DNA of 64,000 nucleotides from the human T2T-CHM13v2.0 reference genome, Homo sapiens (GCF_009914755.1 NC_060940.1), one strand, 5' to 3'; positions 26,350-42,546 are shown, numbered from the stretch's first letter. The notes: generated by a model not told the origin, from the letters alone. Numbers and translations are program-made.

Positions 26350-26483
26350 GGAATATTTTTAAACAAAACTGCCCTGGGCATAGTCGTTTTTACAATCAGT
26401 CATGCATGGAATGTTTTATGATTATTTTTAAAAATCTAAAACATTGTTTGACACACGCAGGCACTTAATGCACATTAAGTTCA

Positions 26484-26803
<320 letters not shown>

Positions 26804-27025
26804 ATGTGCTGCTGTAGCTCACATCTTAAGTTTCTCCCATTTTTCTACATTTTAAAACCTTGTATTTGACAGTTTTGCCTGTTTTAATTAGCTGTTTCAA
26901 ATAACAAGCTCCTGGCACATTTATTTAAATTTCATGACATGTTTTCTTATTTATTTATAGCTCCTATCATTATTATTTCCTCCCTCTTATAACTTTAGGT
27001 TTGTTGTTTTTGCTGTTCTTTTTCA

Positions 27026-27707
<682 letters not shown>

Positions 27708-27959
27708 TTACTGTTGGCGTTCCCATAGCAATCACAGATGTTAATGTGTAGTATTTTCAACCTATTATTTGAGCAGCCTGTTATGTTCTCATTTATTTTT
27801 CAGTTCATTGTATTAAGATAAAATTGAATGACCAGAAAGGTTTCTACTCTATTTTTTTAATGTACTGAGATTTTTCCATTACATTTGTGTTTGTTTTTGT
27901 AACTACCTCATGAATGCTTAAGACGATGTGGATTGTGCTTGCAGAATTAGCAGATCTGA

Positions 27960-28373
<414 letters not shown>

Positions 28374-28587
28374 CAAAGATTTTCTCTAACTCAATATGAG
28401 AATCAGTAAGATACTGGAACTGGCTCAAAGGAGAATTGAAAGAACTTGTGCACTAATACATAGGTAAATAGCAATTCCGAAATCAGTTGGTGAATAAATG
28501 CATGAATGGTCACTATCCCAGGGCAACAACCAATTGCCCTGTGGAGAGTGCCAGACAAACTTCCTGTGCATTTCTGTATAAGAGATA

Positions 28588-28878
28588 AAGACGGGGTCTT
28601 GTTGTGTTGCCCAGGCTGGAGTACAGTGGCACAGTCATTACTCATTGCAGCCTCAACCTCCCAGACCCAAGTGATCTTCCCACTTTAGCCTTCCAAGTAG
28701 CTGGGAACACAGGTGGGTGCCACCACTCACGGCAAATTTTTTTTTTTTTTTTTTTTGGTAGAGACAGGGTTTCCCTATTTTGCTTAGACTAGTCTCAAAC
28801 TCCTGGGCTGAAGCAATCATCTCCCCACCTTGGCTTGTCCAAGTGCTGGGATTACAGGCATAAGCCACCATGGCCAGC
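28588..28878 (-). mobile_element. AluJ-like
   Basis: Alu consensus in antisense. Confidence 0.9.
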
Positions 28879-28944
28879 CAGAAGAGAACTCTTTGAATTA
28901 TTATAAATGGTCTATATCCACAGAGTTTTAAAAGTTGCTCCAGG

Positions 28945-29105
28945 GAGGGTAGGAGTGGGGTTAGGGTTGAAACATTACCTCGTAGGTACAATGTTCAATA
29001 TGTGGGTGACGGGTACACTAGAAACGCAACCCCCACCATGACATACCCATGTAACAAACAGGCATAAGTACCCTCTGAATCTGAAATAAAAATAATAAAA
29101 CATAA
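28945..29105 (+). mobile_element. L1 (L1PB-like) 3' end fragment
   Basis: ggtacaatgttca...catgtaacaaac...gtaccc..tgaatct..aataaaa. Confidence 0.75.
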
Positions 29106-32100
29106 AACCCAACTTTCTGTCCTTGGCTTCCCTCCTGTAACAAGTTCTCAAATCCATCTTTCAAATAAATAAATGTTGGAAAACAAAACAAAGTAGCTCC
29201 TGAATAAGGAAAGACTTAGATAAACTAGAAAAAATAGTAAACTTAGAAAAACAAGAAACCCAAGAGTCATTTTTGCCCATTTCAGAGACTTTGACTATTC
29301 TTTCTAACAGTGCCCTTTGCGTCCTTATTTATTATTATCTAATGTATCTGTTCTGTGAGACAGTGGTTAGCTAATTTCTCATACTAAATTGCGTTTTGTC
29401 ATTAAATCTTTGTGTTTCTAATGGTTTTCCTTTCTAATTTTTAGCCATGTTGTTTGACGCATATAGACTTTTGTTACAGTACTTCTGTTATATAATGGTA
29501 CGTAGTTGATATGCAAAATTTAGGGAGTAAAGTATAAAGAAAATTCAAATCGCTTCTAATTCCCACTATCCCTAACCACTGGTAACATTTTAGCCTTTTT
29601 TTATGTGTATTTCTTAAATTTATAATCTGTGTTCAAAAATCTATTTCCTGCTCTTTTACCTAATTTTTTAACATTTTCCCTATGTTACTAAAACTTTTCA
29701 AAAGCATCATTTAAAATATTTTAGTGTACTTATTTTTCCTCTTTTGTTAGGTATATTAGATTATTTCCAAGTTTTTGCTATTATGAGTATTACATAGTTA
29801 ATACCTTGTGGCAAACATAGTTGTCCATATTTTGCACTATTTCTTGAGGATAATTTATCAGAGTTGGGGAATTACTGGGTTAAAGAATCTGAGCAGTTTA
29901 TGGCACTTGACATAGAGCAAAATGGCTACATAAGATGGCTGTAAGCATCGAAGTCCCCATAGCTATATTCTGTGTCAGTACATGAAGATTTAATAATGGC
30001 ACGTCTTTGTTATAACTTTATGCCTTTTATCATTATATTCCTACCTTTCTTGGGCAGTACTTTCTCATTTAAATTCTAACTTGATAGTGATATTGTACCT
30101 TATGCTGTTCAATCACAGTTGGTTACTGAATCTTTACACAGGCTTTTCTTCATAAGTCCTTTGTGCTGCTTTGGTTTAGGTGCGCTTCTGATGGACCTTG
30201 TTTAATCAGATCTGGGACTTTGTCTTTATACAAGGGAATTCGGGCCACCTTTTTTATTATGATTGCTTTATTCGGTCTGACTGTTGTGTTTTATTCTTCC
30301 CTTTTTTTATGCTTTCTTCATCTCTTTTACATTTTACCTTTTGGTGGTCTGCCCTGTTTATATCATGGATTATGATTTGGAATGTACAATTCCTAGTTTT
30401 CACTTCATCAGTTACTTTAAAAAATACATTATTATTAAGATTCTTAATCCTATTTTTATACTTAGCTAATTAACACTTTCTCTTCCCTTTGGGAATAAAA
30501 ATAATTTTTAAGATTTTAGGCTTTTTTCCCCTATGCTTTATTGACTAAATCCAATATAGTTGAAATTAAACCATTAGTGGTTAATGTTTTTATTTCCTAA
30601 CCTCTGTAACCTGAATGTTTAATTTGAGTGATCGCTGTTAGTTCTTGTCATAACTTCCCCATATGAAGAACTCTCTCTAATTCAAGCCCAAGTGACTTAG
30701 GACAAACTCTTAAGCATTGTTTGCAGAAAAGGTGCTCATCTGGTAAAATTTCAGAAATTTGCAGGTTTCTGGAGATCTCCCAGTTGTTCTACAAATGAGT
30801 AACTTGTCCACTGGATGCAAAATTTCTCCACCTGAGCCTTTCCCTGTGGAGTCTGTGGAGCTGGTCTCTTGTCTGAGGCAAGCTCAGTCCCCCCCCATTA
30901 TGTAATATACCCATGTAACAAATAGGCACGTGTACCCCTGTGTCAAATCTGGGGTTGTATCTTTACATGGGGGAATGTAGGCTGCTTTTCAGTTGTGGAG
31001 GAGAAATCAGGAAAAGCTTCATTTTTTACTCCCCGGAAAATAACTTGTCTTCTTTGGAATTCAGCTAACCAGTAACACTTATTGATCGCTGACCACATCT
31101 TCAGTCACTGGTCCGGGTGCTTTTAACACACTTCAGCCCATTTTTCTGCTGATCACTTCTAGCAGCCTTTTGCTTTGTGTTTAAATATTTTACCAAGTTA
31201 TGTCTTCATGTCCGTTTTTGGCCATTCGCGTGTCTGGAGTCTGTTGATCACTGGATCATGTGTGGTTTTGGTCATTGCCATTTATTCAGCTGCGGGAACC
31301 TGCCAAGCTGTAAGAACCTGACATAGTTTTGGCCATGTACTCTGTCAGGGTCTGTCCCCAGCAGACCCTGGTCTGGCTGTCGGCTTGGTGGCTTGGGTCG
31401 CCCACCTTCACCACGCCTTAGCTGTCTTCTCATGTGCCCCTCCTCCTCCTCTGTTTCTCAGTCTGTCTGTCAGCCGTGTTTCCCATTGTGCAATTATTGC
31501 TAATTAATTCCCAGTCAGAGTGATGGATGGTTTAATTTGCTTTCCTTGAGAGCCCTGTTTTTCCTTGCCTTGCCAGGGACTGGGCAGAAATCCAAGGTGC
31601 CTGGGGCAGGTGGCTTGGGAAGGCGGGGTCTTGGCAGAGGAGGCCAGGAGAGCAGGGCAGGGTTTGGGAGACCCAAGATCCCCCAACACAGCATCATTTT
31701 CATCATCCCGTCCTTGAGCGACGTGGGTAAGCAGAGCTTTCTCCCTTCTGCTGTAAAGTCTTTGCAGCCCAAAGCATCTCCACTGGATCCAAAAGCCTTG
31801 AGAAATGTCCTTGCAGAATCTCAGGACAGAGGTGGAAATTCTGTTCCACACCACAGAGCAAAACTTGGAAAAAACTTTCTTTTTCGTCTTTTCCCCAGAG
31901 TTCCGCTAAGACTCCCTCTCTGATTTCCCCCCAGGCTCCTCTCTGGCCACCTCCTTTTGATTACTAAGCCCCGGGCACTTTCCTCCCTTCAGCTGCTTTT
32001 GATTCCGTTTTGTCATTTTCCTTAGTAGCAGCCTGGAGATCCAGGAGCCCTAGGAATCCTCCTTGCAGGAGGAAGGAGGGAGGGAAGGTCGTGGATTCTT

Positions 32101-32550
32101 CTTGCCTGATCATTATCCTTGTCACAGCAACAACAAAACTACCAGTCACTATCACTGCCACCATCACCGTCATCTATATTGTAGCACCTACTGTTGATTG
32201 AGTCTTTGCTGTGTGGCAGGCCCTGTGCAGAGCATTGTACACGCATGTTGCTGTTTAATCTTCGCTACAACCTTGTAAGATAGATGCTTCAGTGACCCCA
32301 TTATACTCTGGGAGGTCACAGAGCTAGTAAGTGGTGAAGCCAGGGTTCAAATTTGGTCTCTAAACCTCTAGCCTCTGCGTTGGAAATGCTACAGCCTCTA
32401 AGACTGGACCCCAGGAGGCCGTGGGGTCCTCCCTTCCCTTTGCAAAGCAAATTCACCAGCACCAGCTTTCCCCCAACTCCTGTGCTAGACCCCACCTCCA
32501 ATTTCCCTCCCACCCCTTTCCCCTCAGTGCCTCTTCTCTTCCTTCCACAG

Positions 32551-32687
32551 GTATATGAGGGTGGGAGCAACGTGGACCAGTTTGTGACCCGCTTCCTCCT
32601 GAAGGAGACGGCCAATCAGATCCAGTCGCTGCTGAGCTCAGTGGAGAGTGCGGTGGAGGCCATCGAGGAACAGACCAGCCAGCTCCG
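32551..32687 (+). CDS. NECAB2: NECAB2 exon 6 ([27 protein letters not shown]...SQLR)
   Basis: cacag|GTA, CG|gtgagt; 137 nt; NECAB homology region. Confidence 0.96.
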
Positions 32688-33029
32688 GTGAGTCTCTGAG
32701 ACCCTGCAGGGTCCCATGGGGGTATGCCGTGCACGCGCACGTGCCCACCTGCTGCTTGGTGGGGATGTCTGTGTACCTAAGAGCTGGGTGACCTTGGGCA
32801 AGTTGCCACAGCTCTTTGTGCCTTTGGTGCTCCATTATGTAATATAGGCACAATTATATACCTAAAATCTCAGCCATTGCAAGGATTGAATGAGATAGTA
32901 AATGCTCAGGAGAATGCCTGGTGTACATATTTATTAATACAGTGAAGACACCATTTCCCAGACTCTAATTTGTTTTGCTGCATCCACATGCTAATTGTTT
33001 ATGCAGAACTATTCTGTTGTTTGGCCCAC

Positions 33030-34012
<983 letters not shown>

Positions 34013-34724
34013 CACTTTTGAAAATTAGAAAGCAGTTTAGGAAATGGCATATGGTTATAACTGCACTCTCGGCATCACATGCCGTAAGTGAAGTAACTGT
34101 AAAAATAAGCACCTGTCATTGTTTACGATCCAGCTTGAATCCTGAGGCTTGCCACCTCTCTGTTAAAAAGAGAGACTGGGGGGAAATCAGAGAGGTGTTG
34201 AAGACAGTAGTAGCAAGTTGAGAGTTTCTCAGGAGGACTGAAAGAGACGTGAAAGAGGAGTGTTTCTTTCTGGTCTTGTGTTAGGCCTTGTTTGTGTGCT
34301 TGGAACCATGGGAATGCATCTGGGGTCCCATCCTAGGTGGTGGCTGCTGTGTTAGGGGTGTGACCTGGTATTTAGAGAGGAGCGACATTCTCGTGGCTCA
34401 GCAGTCCCATCTCCCGGGGAACACGAGCACCCGTCCCCCCCCCCACCTCCATTTGCTGTTTCAAATTGAGAAAAACCCTTCTTTGCTCAGTTCTTCCCAG
34501 AACAGCTGATGTGCTTGACACAGAAGAAAAAGAGAAAATGCAAACAGATGAGGGAAACAGCCAGGTGTCGGCACCCAAGCTCGATTGAGCCCTTAATTTT
34601 CCAGGCAGAGAGGTACCTCAGGACCAGGATATTGGTTTGCTGGGGGACTGGGGTTTGATCGTGTGTTTCTTCGTAGTTGAAGAGCTGGTCCTGATCAGAC
34701 ATGATTGTGAAGGTAACTCTGAGA

Positions 34725-34890
34725 CACTGTTTCCCAAATGAGTTTGATCTGAGCATTTGCGCTGAATCACCTGGGAAAATTAAAATACACATTCCTGGGC
34801 TCCTGGCCATACTCACTGGCTAGAATCCCTGGACTGGAGCCCAGAACTCTGCACATGTGGTCAGTCTTGTGATTCTTGGGTGCCCCAGAA
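34725..34890 (+). mobile_element. MER5-like hAT element
   Basis: gaatcacctggg..ttaaaatacacattcctgggc...gcccagaa motif. Confidence 0.6.
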
Positions 34891-35584
34891 TTAGCAGCCA
34901 TCGCTGTGAAAAAAGCTGACACTTAGATTTCCTGGGTTTTCCTGTTACTATCTTGATGAAAAACTTGCTGTTTTTCTCCTGCCGCAGAACAGATAGTATG
35001 GCTGCGCAGTTTTCAGGGCAGACTTCCCACACTGGGTCAGCTCCATCACGCGTCAGCAGTTACACCCACCTGCCCCCATGGTGGGGACCTTACTTGGGGA
35101 TGTTGTCAGACGGGGCAGCTTGTCGTGATACCTCTGTTCCACACATGCCCCTCCCTCGAACTTCCCCAAATCTCAGCTAGTTTGGCTCTAGGCTGTGGGT
35201 CCCTGAGGACTATCCTGTTTCCCAGCCCCAGGACAGTCTCCCAGGATGTCACCTCTAGCACAGGCTACTGGCTCAGACCCCACCACCCGGGAGCCCTGAG
35301 CAACCCGTCATGGTCTGAGGGATACATTTAATTTCCTGCTGGTTTATAGAGAAGCCATGATTGACACCATAAAGACTCTGCCAGCCTCTCCCCTCCCAAG
35401 GCGGGAGTCGAGTTTGCTCCCTCCGCAAGGGGGAGAGCCTGGCGGAGTGTTCAAGGTTCACAAGAGACAAATTCCAGAATGCACCAAGACCGCGATGCAC
35501 AGAGACCAAGCGGGTGTTGGGGCCGTGCACAGGGCACTCTGTGTGTCTTCTGGGGGAGTGTCTGTGTTTCTGTATGTCTGCCAG

Positions 35585-35671
35585 GAGCTTTTCAGCATCC
35601 TTTTGCATGGGAGGATTTGGTCATTCATTGAGCATTTTTGAGTCCCTACTATGTGCTGGACACAGTGCAAG
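35585..35671 (+). other. Candidate cryptic in-frame exon of NECAB2 (intron 6)
   Basis: ccag| acceptor, AAG|gtgagc donor, 87 nt, stop-free in phase 2, adjacent (TG)23. Confidence 0.55.
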
Positions 35672-35676
35672 GTGAG

Positions 35677-35677
<1 letters not shown>

Positions 35678-35724
<47 letters not shown>
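35678..35724 (+). repeat. (TG)23 microsatellite
   Basis: Perfect dinucleotide run. Confidence 0.98.
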
Positions 35725-35725
<1 letters not shown>

Positions 35726-36356
35726 TGCCTCTGCCTGTGGCTAGCTGTGCCTGTCAGGGCACGCAGGGGTGTGTATGCACATGAGTATGCACAGGAGAGG
35801 GGTGTCCAGGGCCGGGAGATGGGGCCAGGCCCAGGTCAGGATCACAGTTTCTGTCCTGTTACATCCCGACTGTCAGTGTCTCTTTAGGTCTCGCTTTTAT
35901 GTGTATGTGTTGGAGGGGGGTCTTGAAACCAGGTCCCCCACCCCAGAGGGCACCAAACATTAAATGGGCCTATCATGAGGGAGGGAGGGGGACTTGGTCA
36001 CTCCACAGCTTGGGCTCTACACGTGCCCGAAAGCTTCGAGCTGTTAGAGTGGGGGTGGGTCCCTGGCTCAGCCTCACTCTGGAACTGAATCTCTTGGGGA
36101 AAAGGCCTAGGCCGTGGGGTCCTAGAATGGAGCTGAATTCGAATCCCAGCTCTGCCCAGCTAGCTGCGTGGCCCTGGCTGAGTCACCTGCTTTAAGAACC
36201 TCATTTCCTCCTCTGTCAAAACAAAGGCCATGATGCAAGTTCTGTGCATGTGTGAGTCCACTGTCTTGCGTAATAAATGCCTGTGGAAGATGCTGGAAGT
36301 GGTAAGGGCCCTGAAGCCACCGCCATGGTCTGTGTGTGTTCCCATCCAAACTGCAG

Positions 36357-36475
36357 ACAGAACCACATCAAACCCAGCCACAGCGCGGCACAGACCTGGT
36401 GTGGAAGCCCCACTCCCGCCTCTGCCCCCAACCACAAGCTCATGGCTATGGAACAAGGCAAGACCCTTCCATCTG
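36357..36475 (+). CDS. NECAB2: NECAB2 exon 7 (QNHIKPSHS...KTLPS)
   Basis: ctgcag|A, G|gtgaga; 119 nt, phase 2 to 1. Confidence 0.92.
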
Positions 36476-36663
36476 GTGAGAGAAAGCGGGGGCCCTGGTG
36501 GGGGTACCAGCTGGGGGTCCCGAGGAGTTCTGAGAGTCCTCTGACAGGGACTGGGGAGATGAGCAAGTTTGATGCCCCTGGAGGGGCTGGATGTTTCCAG
36601 CTTCCCCCCGAAGCCCTCGTCCTGCCCACCACTGAAGTCTGTGTGTCTCTTTCTCTACCGCAG

Positions 36664-36743
36664 CCACGGAGGATGCAAAGGAAGAGGGTCTGGAAGCCCA
36701 GATCAGCCGCTTGGCAGAGCTGATTGGGAGGCTGGAGAGCAAA
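36664..36743 (+). CDS. NECAB2: NECAB2 exon 8 (ATEDAKEEGLEAQISRLAELIGRLESK)
   Basis: cgcag|CC, AAA|gtaagc; 80 nt. Confidence 0.95.
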
Positions 36744-37899
36744 GTAAGCCCTGGCCTGACCACGGCGTCTACTCCTTCCAACCCCTGAGGGAGTGCAGAG
36801 TTAAGCCTGGAGTTCAGGACAAAAGTCTGGGCTGCAGAGGGGCCAGGGAACCATGAAAAAGACATCCCCCAGGTGGGGCGTGGAGCTGCCGAGGACGAAG
36901 CTAAGGATCAAACCCCGGGGGATGCTCGTGTTGTTCAGGCCCAAGGAGGGGCGCCTGGGAAGAGAGAGTGTTGGGGGGTCAGGCGGGCCTGCAGGCAGCA
37001 GGAGCAGCTCCAGGAGCAGAGGGTGGTCAGCAGGGTCCCGTGTTGCAAGGCCCTAGCTTCAAGGAGACTTTGCTCTGAAGTGGCTGGAGCAGATATTGGC
37101 CGAAAGGCAGCACCAGGATGAAAGAGAGACGTGATGATTCGAGAGAGTTTCAAAACAAGGAAGGAAGTGACCAGCAGTAGCAAATGTATTAAGTGTGATA
37201 TGGGACGTCCACAGGTGATAGAAAATGGCACAGCCCTTACAGAAAACATTTTCAGATAATGTTTCGTGACTCGGGATAGAGTGCTCACAATATGACCATT
37301 TGGTGGAAAGAAAAGTTTGTCTTAGGGCCTACAGACAGATGGGCTCAGGTATCAGTCAGAATTCTGGTTGTGCCACTTCATAGCTGTGTGACCCTGGGCC
37401 AGGGACTTGTCCTCTCTGAGGCTTAGATTCCTCCTCTGATAATCAAGAAAATAACCTGGAGCATGGGACCCCTCCCTCATAGGGGTGTCGTTAGGATGAA
37501 CCAAAATGATGTCTCCGGTTTAGCACAGGGCCCGGTGCTGTAGCTTGCATTTAATATTAGCAATGTTAGCAATTATTATGAGGCATTCTGTTACCCAAAC
37601 CTATCCACATGCACACAGCACACCCGTATACCCACATAAGCCAAGGTAACTGAGCTCTCAGAACCCTGGGATTGAGGTGGTTTTATGTTTCTCCTACTTT
37701 TGTGTATTTTTTTTACACCCTTTGTAAAGGGTATTGCTACTTTTAGTTTGGGGGTTCTCAGGCATTCATGGGGGCAGGAACAAGGGGCTCCCCGCATGGA
37801 GGGAGACAGAGGCTGACGTGGAATGAAGTCCGAGGGAGGAAGCTCAAACTTCCCCTCCTGCAGGGATGAGGCTGAGGTGGAGTTACCCCCTTCCTGAAG

Positions 37900-38150
37900 C
37901 CAGCTGCGGGAGCGGCTCGGAGGGGACCCCGTGGCCCGGTTGTCATAACAACTCAGCGGGCGCCTCGGGAGGGAGACTCTGAAGCTTATTTTTAGAGCAC
38001 CGTCGCCCTAACAACCAGGCTGGCTGGTAACCACGGAGTACCTGGGCGTCCTGGAGACGGGGTGGGACCAGGTCCTCCTCCCCAGCCTCTAACTGGCCCG
38101 GGCGGTCAGCAGGGGCCAATCCGGGCCTGGCTTCAGGCCCCGCCCTTCAC
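37900..38150. promoter_or_regulatory. Intragenic promoter/enhancer-like element (RFX X-boxes, CCAAT, GC box)
   Basis: GTTGTCATAACAAC 37939-37952, GTCGCCCTAACAAC 38002-38015, CCAAT 38116, GGCCCCGCCC 38136; local CpG enrichment. Confidence 0.5.
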
Positions 38151-38986
38151 CGGCCAACCGGAGCTGCCTCTGGGCTGGAAGGATGGAGGCTCTAGGGGCC
38201 CCTGGCTGGGAGAAGAATGGGGCAGATACAGGGGCCACAGTGCCTCTCCTCATCCTCCTATGGCTTTTCCAGCCCCAGGACCCCTCACGTATGCTTGTAA
38301 AACCATGGAAACAGACTTGTTCCTGCCAGGCACACCTTCACCACTTACCAAGGCGTGTTCATGCTGTGTGCCCCCAGAAGGCAGTACCCTTGCCAGGATC
38401 AGCTACTACAGAGCCCAGTGCAAAATGAGCGTGCAAGGTCCCTTGCTCAAACATTTAGAACGTCACGGTGGTGACTACACAGACTCATCCACCTGCTGCT
38501 GTTTTCCTTATTAGCTGGCGTGCTTTACCTGTGGCTGCCCTGTGTGACTCCCGTAGATGGTCTGTCCTCATGGAGGATGGACAGAGATAGCCACAGAGGT
38601 GGTTAGTGGGGTGCCCAAGCTGAAGGAAGCAGCAGCATGAGCCTGTGCGTCAGGTAGACACTGGGTTCAGACCCACGCTCTGACACTTAGATGGCTTTCG
38701 TGCCTTCAGAGCCGGGGTTCTCTGCCGTGACATAGTAACTGTTGATCTTCTGTGGGGGCTCAGCCCTGTGTGGGCACCAGTCGTGGGTGAACAGAGCAGA
38801 TGTGGTTCCTGGAGACCGAAACTTACAGTGGGGCAGCACCTTCCCTGGGGAGTCTGGAAGATTGTGTATTTGTAAACCATCTAGCTTAGAGTCTGGGGAA
38901 GACCAGAGAGAACAGTTCACCCCATTAGATCCCTGAGGTGCTGGGGGTTATGATTTGGGGTGAATTATAAGTTACAGGGAATCTAA

Positions 38987-39846
<860 letters not shown>

Positions 39847-40258
39847 CAGAGGCTCCTGGACTTTGATCCAAAAAAGGTTTGGCGTAGAGCAAAGTGATCG
39901 GCCAGACAGTGATGTGAAAATGCTGAGTCCATCAACTATGAGTTTTTCTTGTCAGTGGATGTGCTGTGTCTCCAGGCCCTGGAGGCTGTGCAGGTGGTTG
40001 TGGACATGGATGGGGCCTCTGTAAACAACCTCGTCTGTTTTCCCCATTTTTGGGGGCTACTTCTGCACTGGGCTCTTGAGGTTCTAGTCCTTTCTTAGCC
40101 CATTTTTAGTCCATTCTTATCCATTCATGGGTAAGAATGAAAAGTGGGGGAGGGTTATTTTATTTTGACCGAGGAAGGGAGGTCATGGGGGCCTGATGGG
40201 GTGTTTAGGGAGAAGGCCTGACGTGGAGCCCCACACTGACTCCTGCTGTGCCCGGCAG

Positions 40259-40371
40259 CACCTGCAGCTGGTCCGGCAGGAGATGGCCGTGTGCCCCGAG
40301 CAACTGAGCGAGTTTCTGGACTCTCTGCGCCAGTATCTGCGGGGGACCACTGGCGTGAGGAACTGCTTCCA
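40259..40371 (+). CDS. NECAB2: NECAB2 exon 10 ([12 protein letters not shown]...RNCF), start of ABM domain
   Basis: ggcag|CAC, CA|gtgagt; 113 nt. Confidence 0.94.
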
Positions 40372-41944
40372 GTGAGTGAGCTGCCGAGGCGTGGGTGGGA
40401 TGGTGGCAGGGAGCTCTGCCTGGCAGTGGAGGAACAGGGCAGGACTAGGCTTTGCCCTAAGTAGTACAAGTTGCACCCCAGGGACACACACAGCTGGATG
40501 CGTAAGAAGTGGGTTCAGGTCTCTACTGAGGTTCCTCCCAGCCAAGCAAATGTGGCAGGTGTCTTCATCTCCCTGGCATCAGCTTACTCATCTGTAAAGG
40601 GGGGACCACCCCCAGGACTCCTTGCTGGGGTGATCATGAGTGCATATACAATCAAGTGTGTGAATCTCAAGTGTGAAGGGCTCCAGCTGGGCCTGGTGTG
40701 CCCCGTGCGCTCAGTCAGCCTCAGCTGCTGCTGTCACAGGGGTTCCTGCACACTTAAGTCCAGGCCCAGAATGTAGTATTTGCTCAGTTAACCACTGAGG
40801 AAGGAGAGGAGAGTCGGTAGCTGAAGGGAAATGCCCAAGTCATGTAGTTGCCCTTCTCCCCCTGATGTGCTGAGATGTCCAGGGCGGGGCAAGCGGCCTT
40901 ACCTTCAAATTCCTGTTCATCCCACCAGGCTGATGTAGCTCCTTGGTAAAGCTAAGGCATGTGGCCAGGGCCAGAGTGGAGGGGGTTGCAGAAGACAACA
41001 GCCCTTTGTTCTTGCTGGTAGTGGTCCCCCGCCCCCCGTTTCTGCAGCAAGGCTCTGCCCAACTCCCTTCCCAGGGCTTTCTTCCATCCCCAGAGCACAC
41101 ACTCATTCACCCCATTGCCTGGGGACATGGCTGTGAACCAGGCAGGCCAGGTCCTAGCACAGGGTCTTTGAGAGGGGTCTTCTTGGGCCCCCTGTGCACT
41201 GAGGCTTGAGTGACAACAGCCTGACCTGTAGCACGAGGGGAGGAGTAGCCTGGGCAGGAGTGCGGCCGTTCCCGAGACTCGGCGTGGCCACGAGGGGCCA
41301 TTCTTGAGTAAGTAGCCAGGATGGGGGGGCAGGACCCACTCCACTCCAGGAGGACAGACTGCACAGGAGCAGGGGCCAGACTTGATCTTTTTCCATTACG
41401 TGAATAAGTGGGAGGCTCCAGGGTGAAGTAGGGCCACCCCGATGCGCTGTGGAGAGGAGGCACGGTGGACGTAGAGGCTCTGGTTTGTCGAGTTGGAGAC
41501 GGCAAGCCTGGAGAGCCAGGTGAGATTCTACTTCCCAGGCATGGTGCACCTAAAGCTGCACGGAGGTGTGTCCACCCCAAGATGGAATCCAGCCCGGCCC
41601 CTTCCTCTAGGCTGAGCACTGTAGCCCCTCCTCCCCAGCTTTTGGCCCCCGCTTTATGGTCACTTGGGGCTTCCTCATTGTAGTGCACTTGCAGAGAGGA
41701 TTCTGGGGCGGCATAGACTATCAGCACCTTTAAAATGACGTGAGTGCGGGCCCCTGGGTCCCATAGAGCAATGGGGGACTTGCCTGCAGCCCCTTCCTCT
41801 GTGGCCCAGCACCCCCTCCCCTCAGCCTCCTTTGGTCAGGTCAGGTACAGTGCAGTGGGGGTGTTGCAAGGATTAAATGAGAGGACAAGTAGAAGGAAGA
41901 AGAGGGAAGATGCTTTGATTTTTAAAGGTTTTTTGATTTTTAAA

Positions 41945-42546
41945 GGTTTTTTGAGACCAAATCTTGCTTTATTGTCCAGGCAGGAGTGAGTGTGTAGTAG
42001 TGGAAGCTCAGCTCACTGCAACCTCTCACCAGAGGGTTTAAATGAGTCTCATGCCTCAGTGTCCTGCATCGCTGGGATTACAGGGATGTGCCACCAGGCC
42101 CAGCAAGTTTTATTTTTTTTTTTTTTAAAGAGACAGTGTTTTGCCATGTTGGCTAGGCTGGTCTTGAACTCCTGACCTCACGTAATCCACCTGCCTCGAC
42201 CCCTCAAGACTTCCCAAAGTTCTGCGATTACAGGCGTGAACCATCACATCCAGCCACCTGGTTTTGTTTAAATAAATGTTCACACTTTAACATGACATTT
42301 CAGCTGGGCACAGTGGCTGAAGTTTGCAATCCTGGCACTTTGGGAAGCCAAGGTGAGAAGACAGCCTGAGCCCAGGAGTTAAAGACCAGCATGGGGAACA
42401 TAGCAAGACCCCATCTCTATTGGGACAGTTTTTGAATTAGGCCGAGTGGTGCACTCCTCTAGTCCCCGCTACTTGGAAGGCTGAAGTGATTGTGCCACTG
42501 CACTCCAGCCTGGGCAACAGAGTGAGACCCTATCTCAAAAGAAAAA
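41945..42546. mobile_element. Inverted pair of old Alus (- ~41945-42255, + ~42302-42546)
   Basis: Diverged Alu consensus in opposite orientations. Confidence 0.85.

Noticed and set aside
36351-36360. Tandem acceptor CAG-ACAG at NECAB2 exon 7
   Set aside because: A 4-nt shift only frameshifts; common motif with no evidence of use
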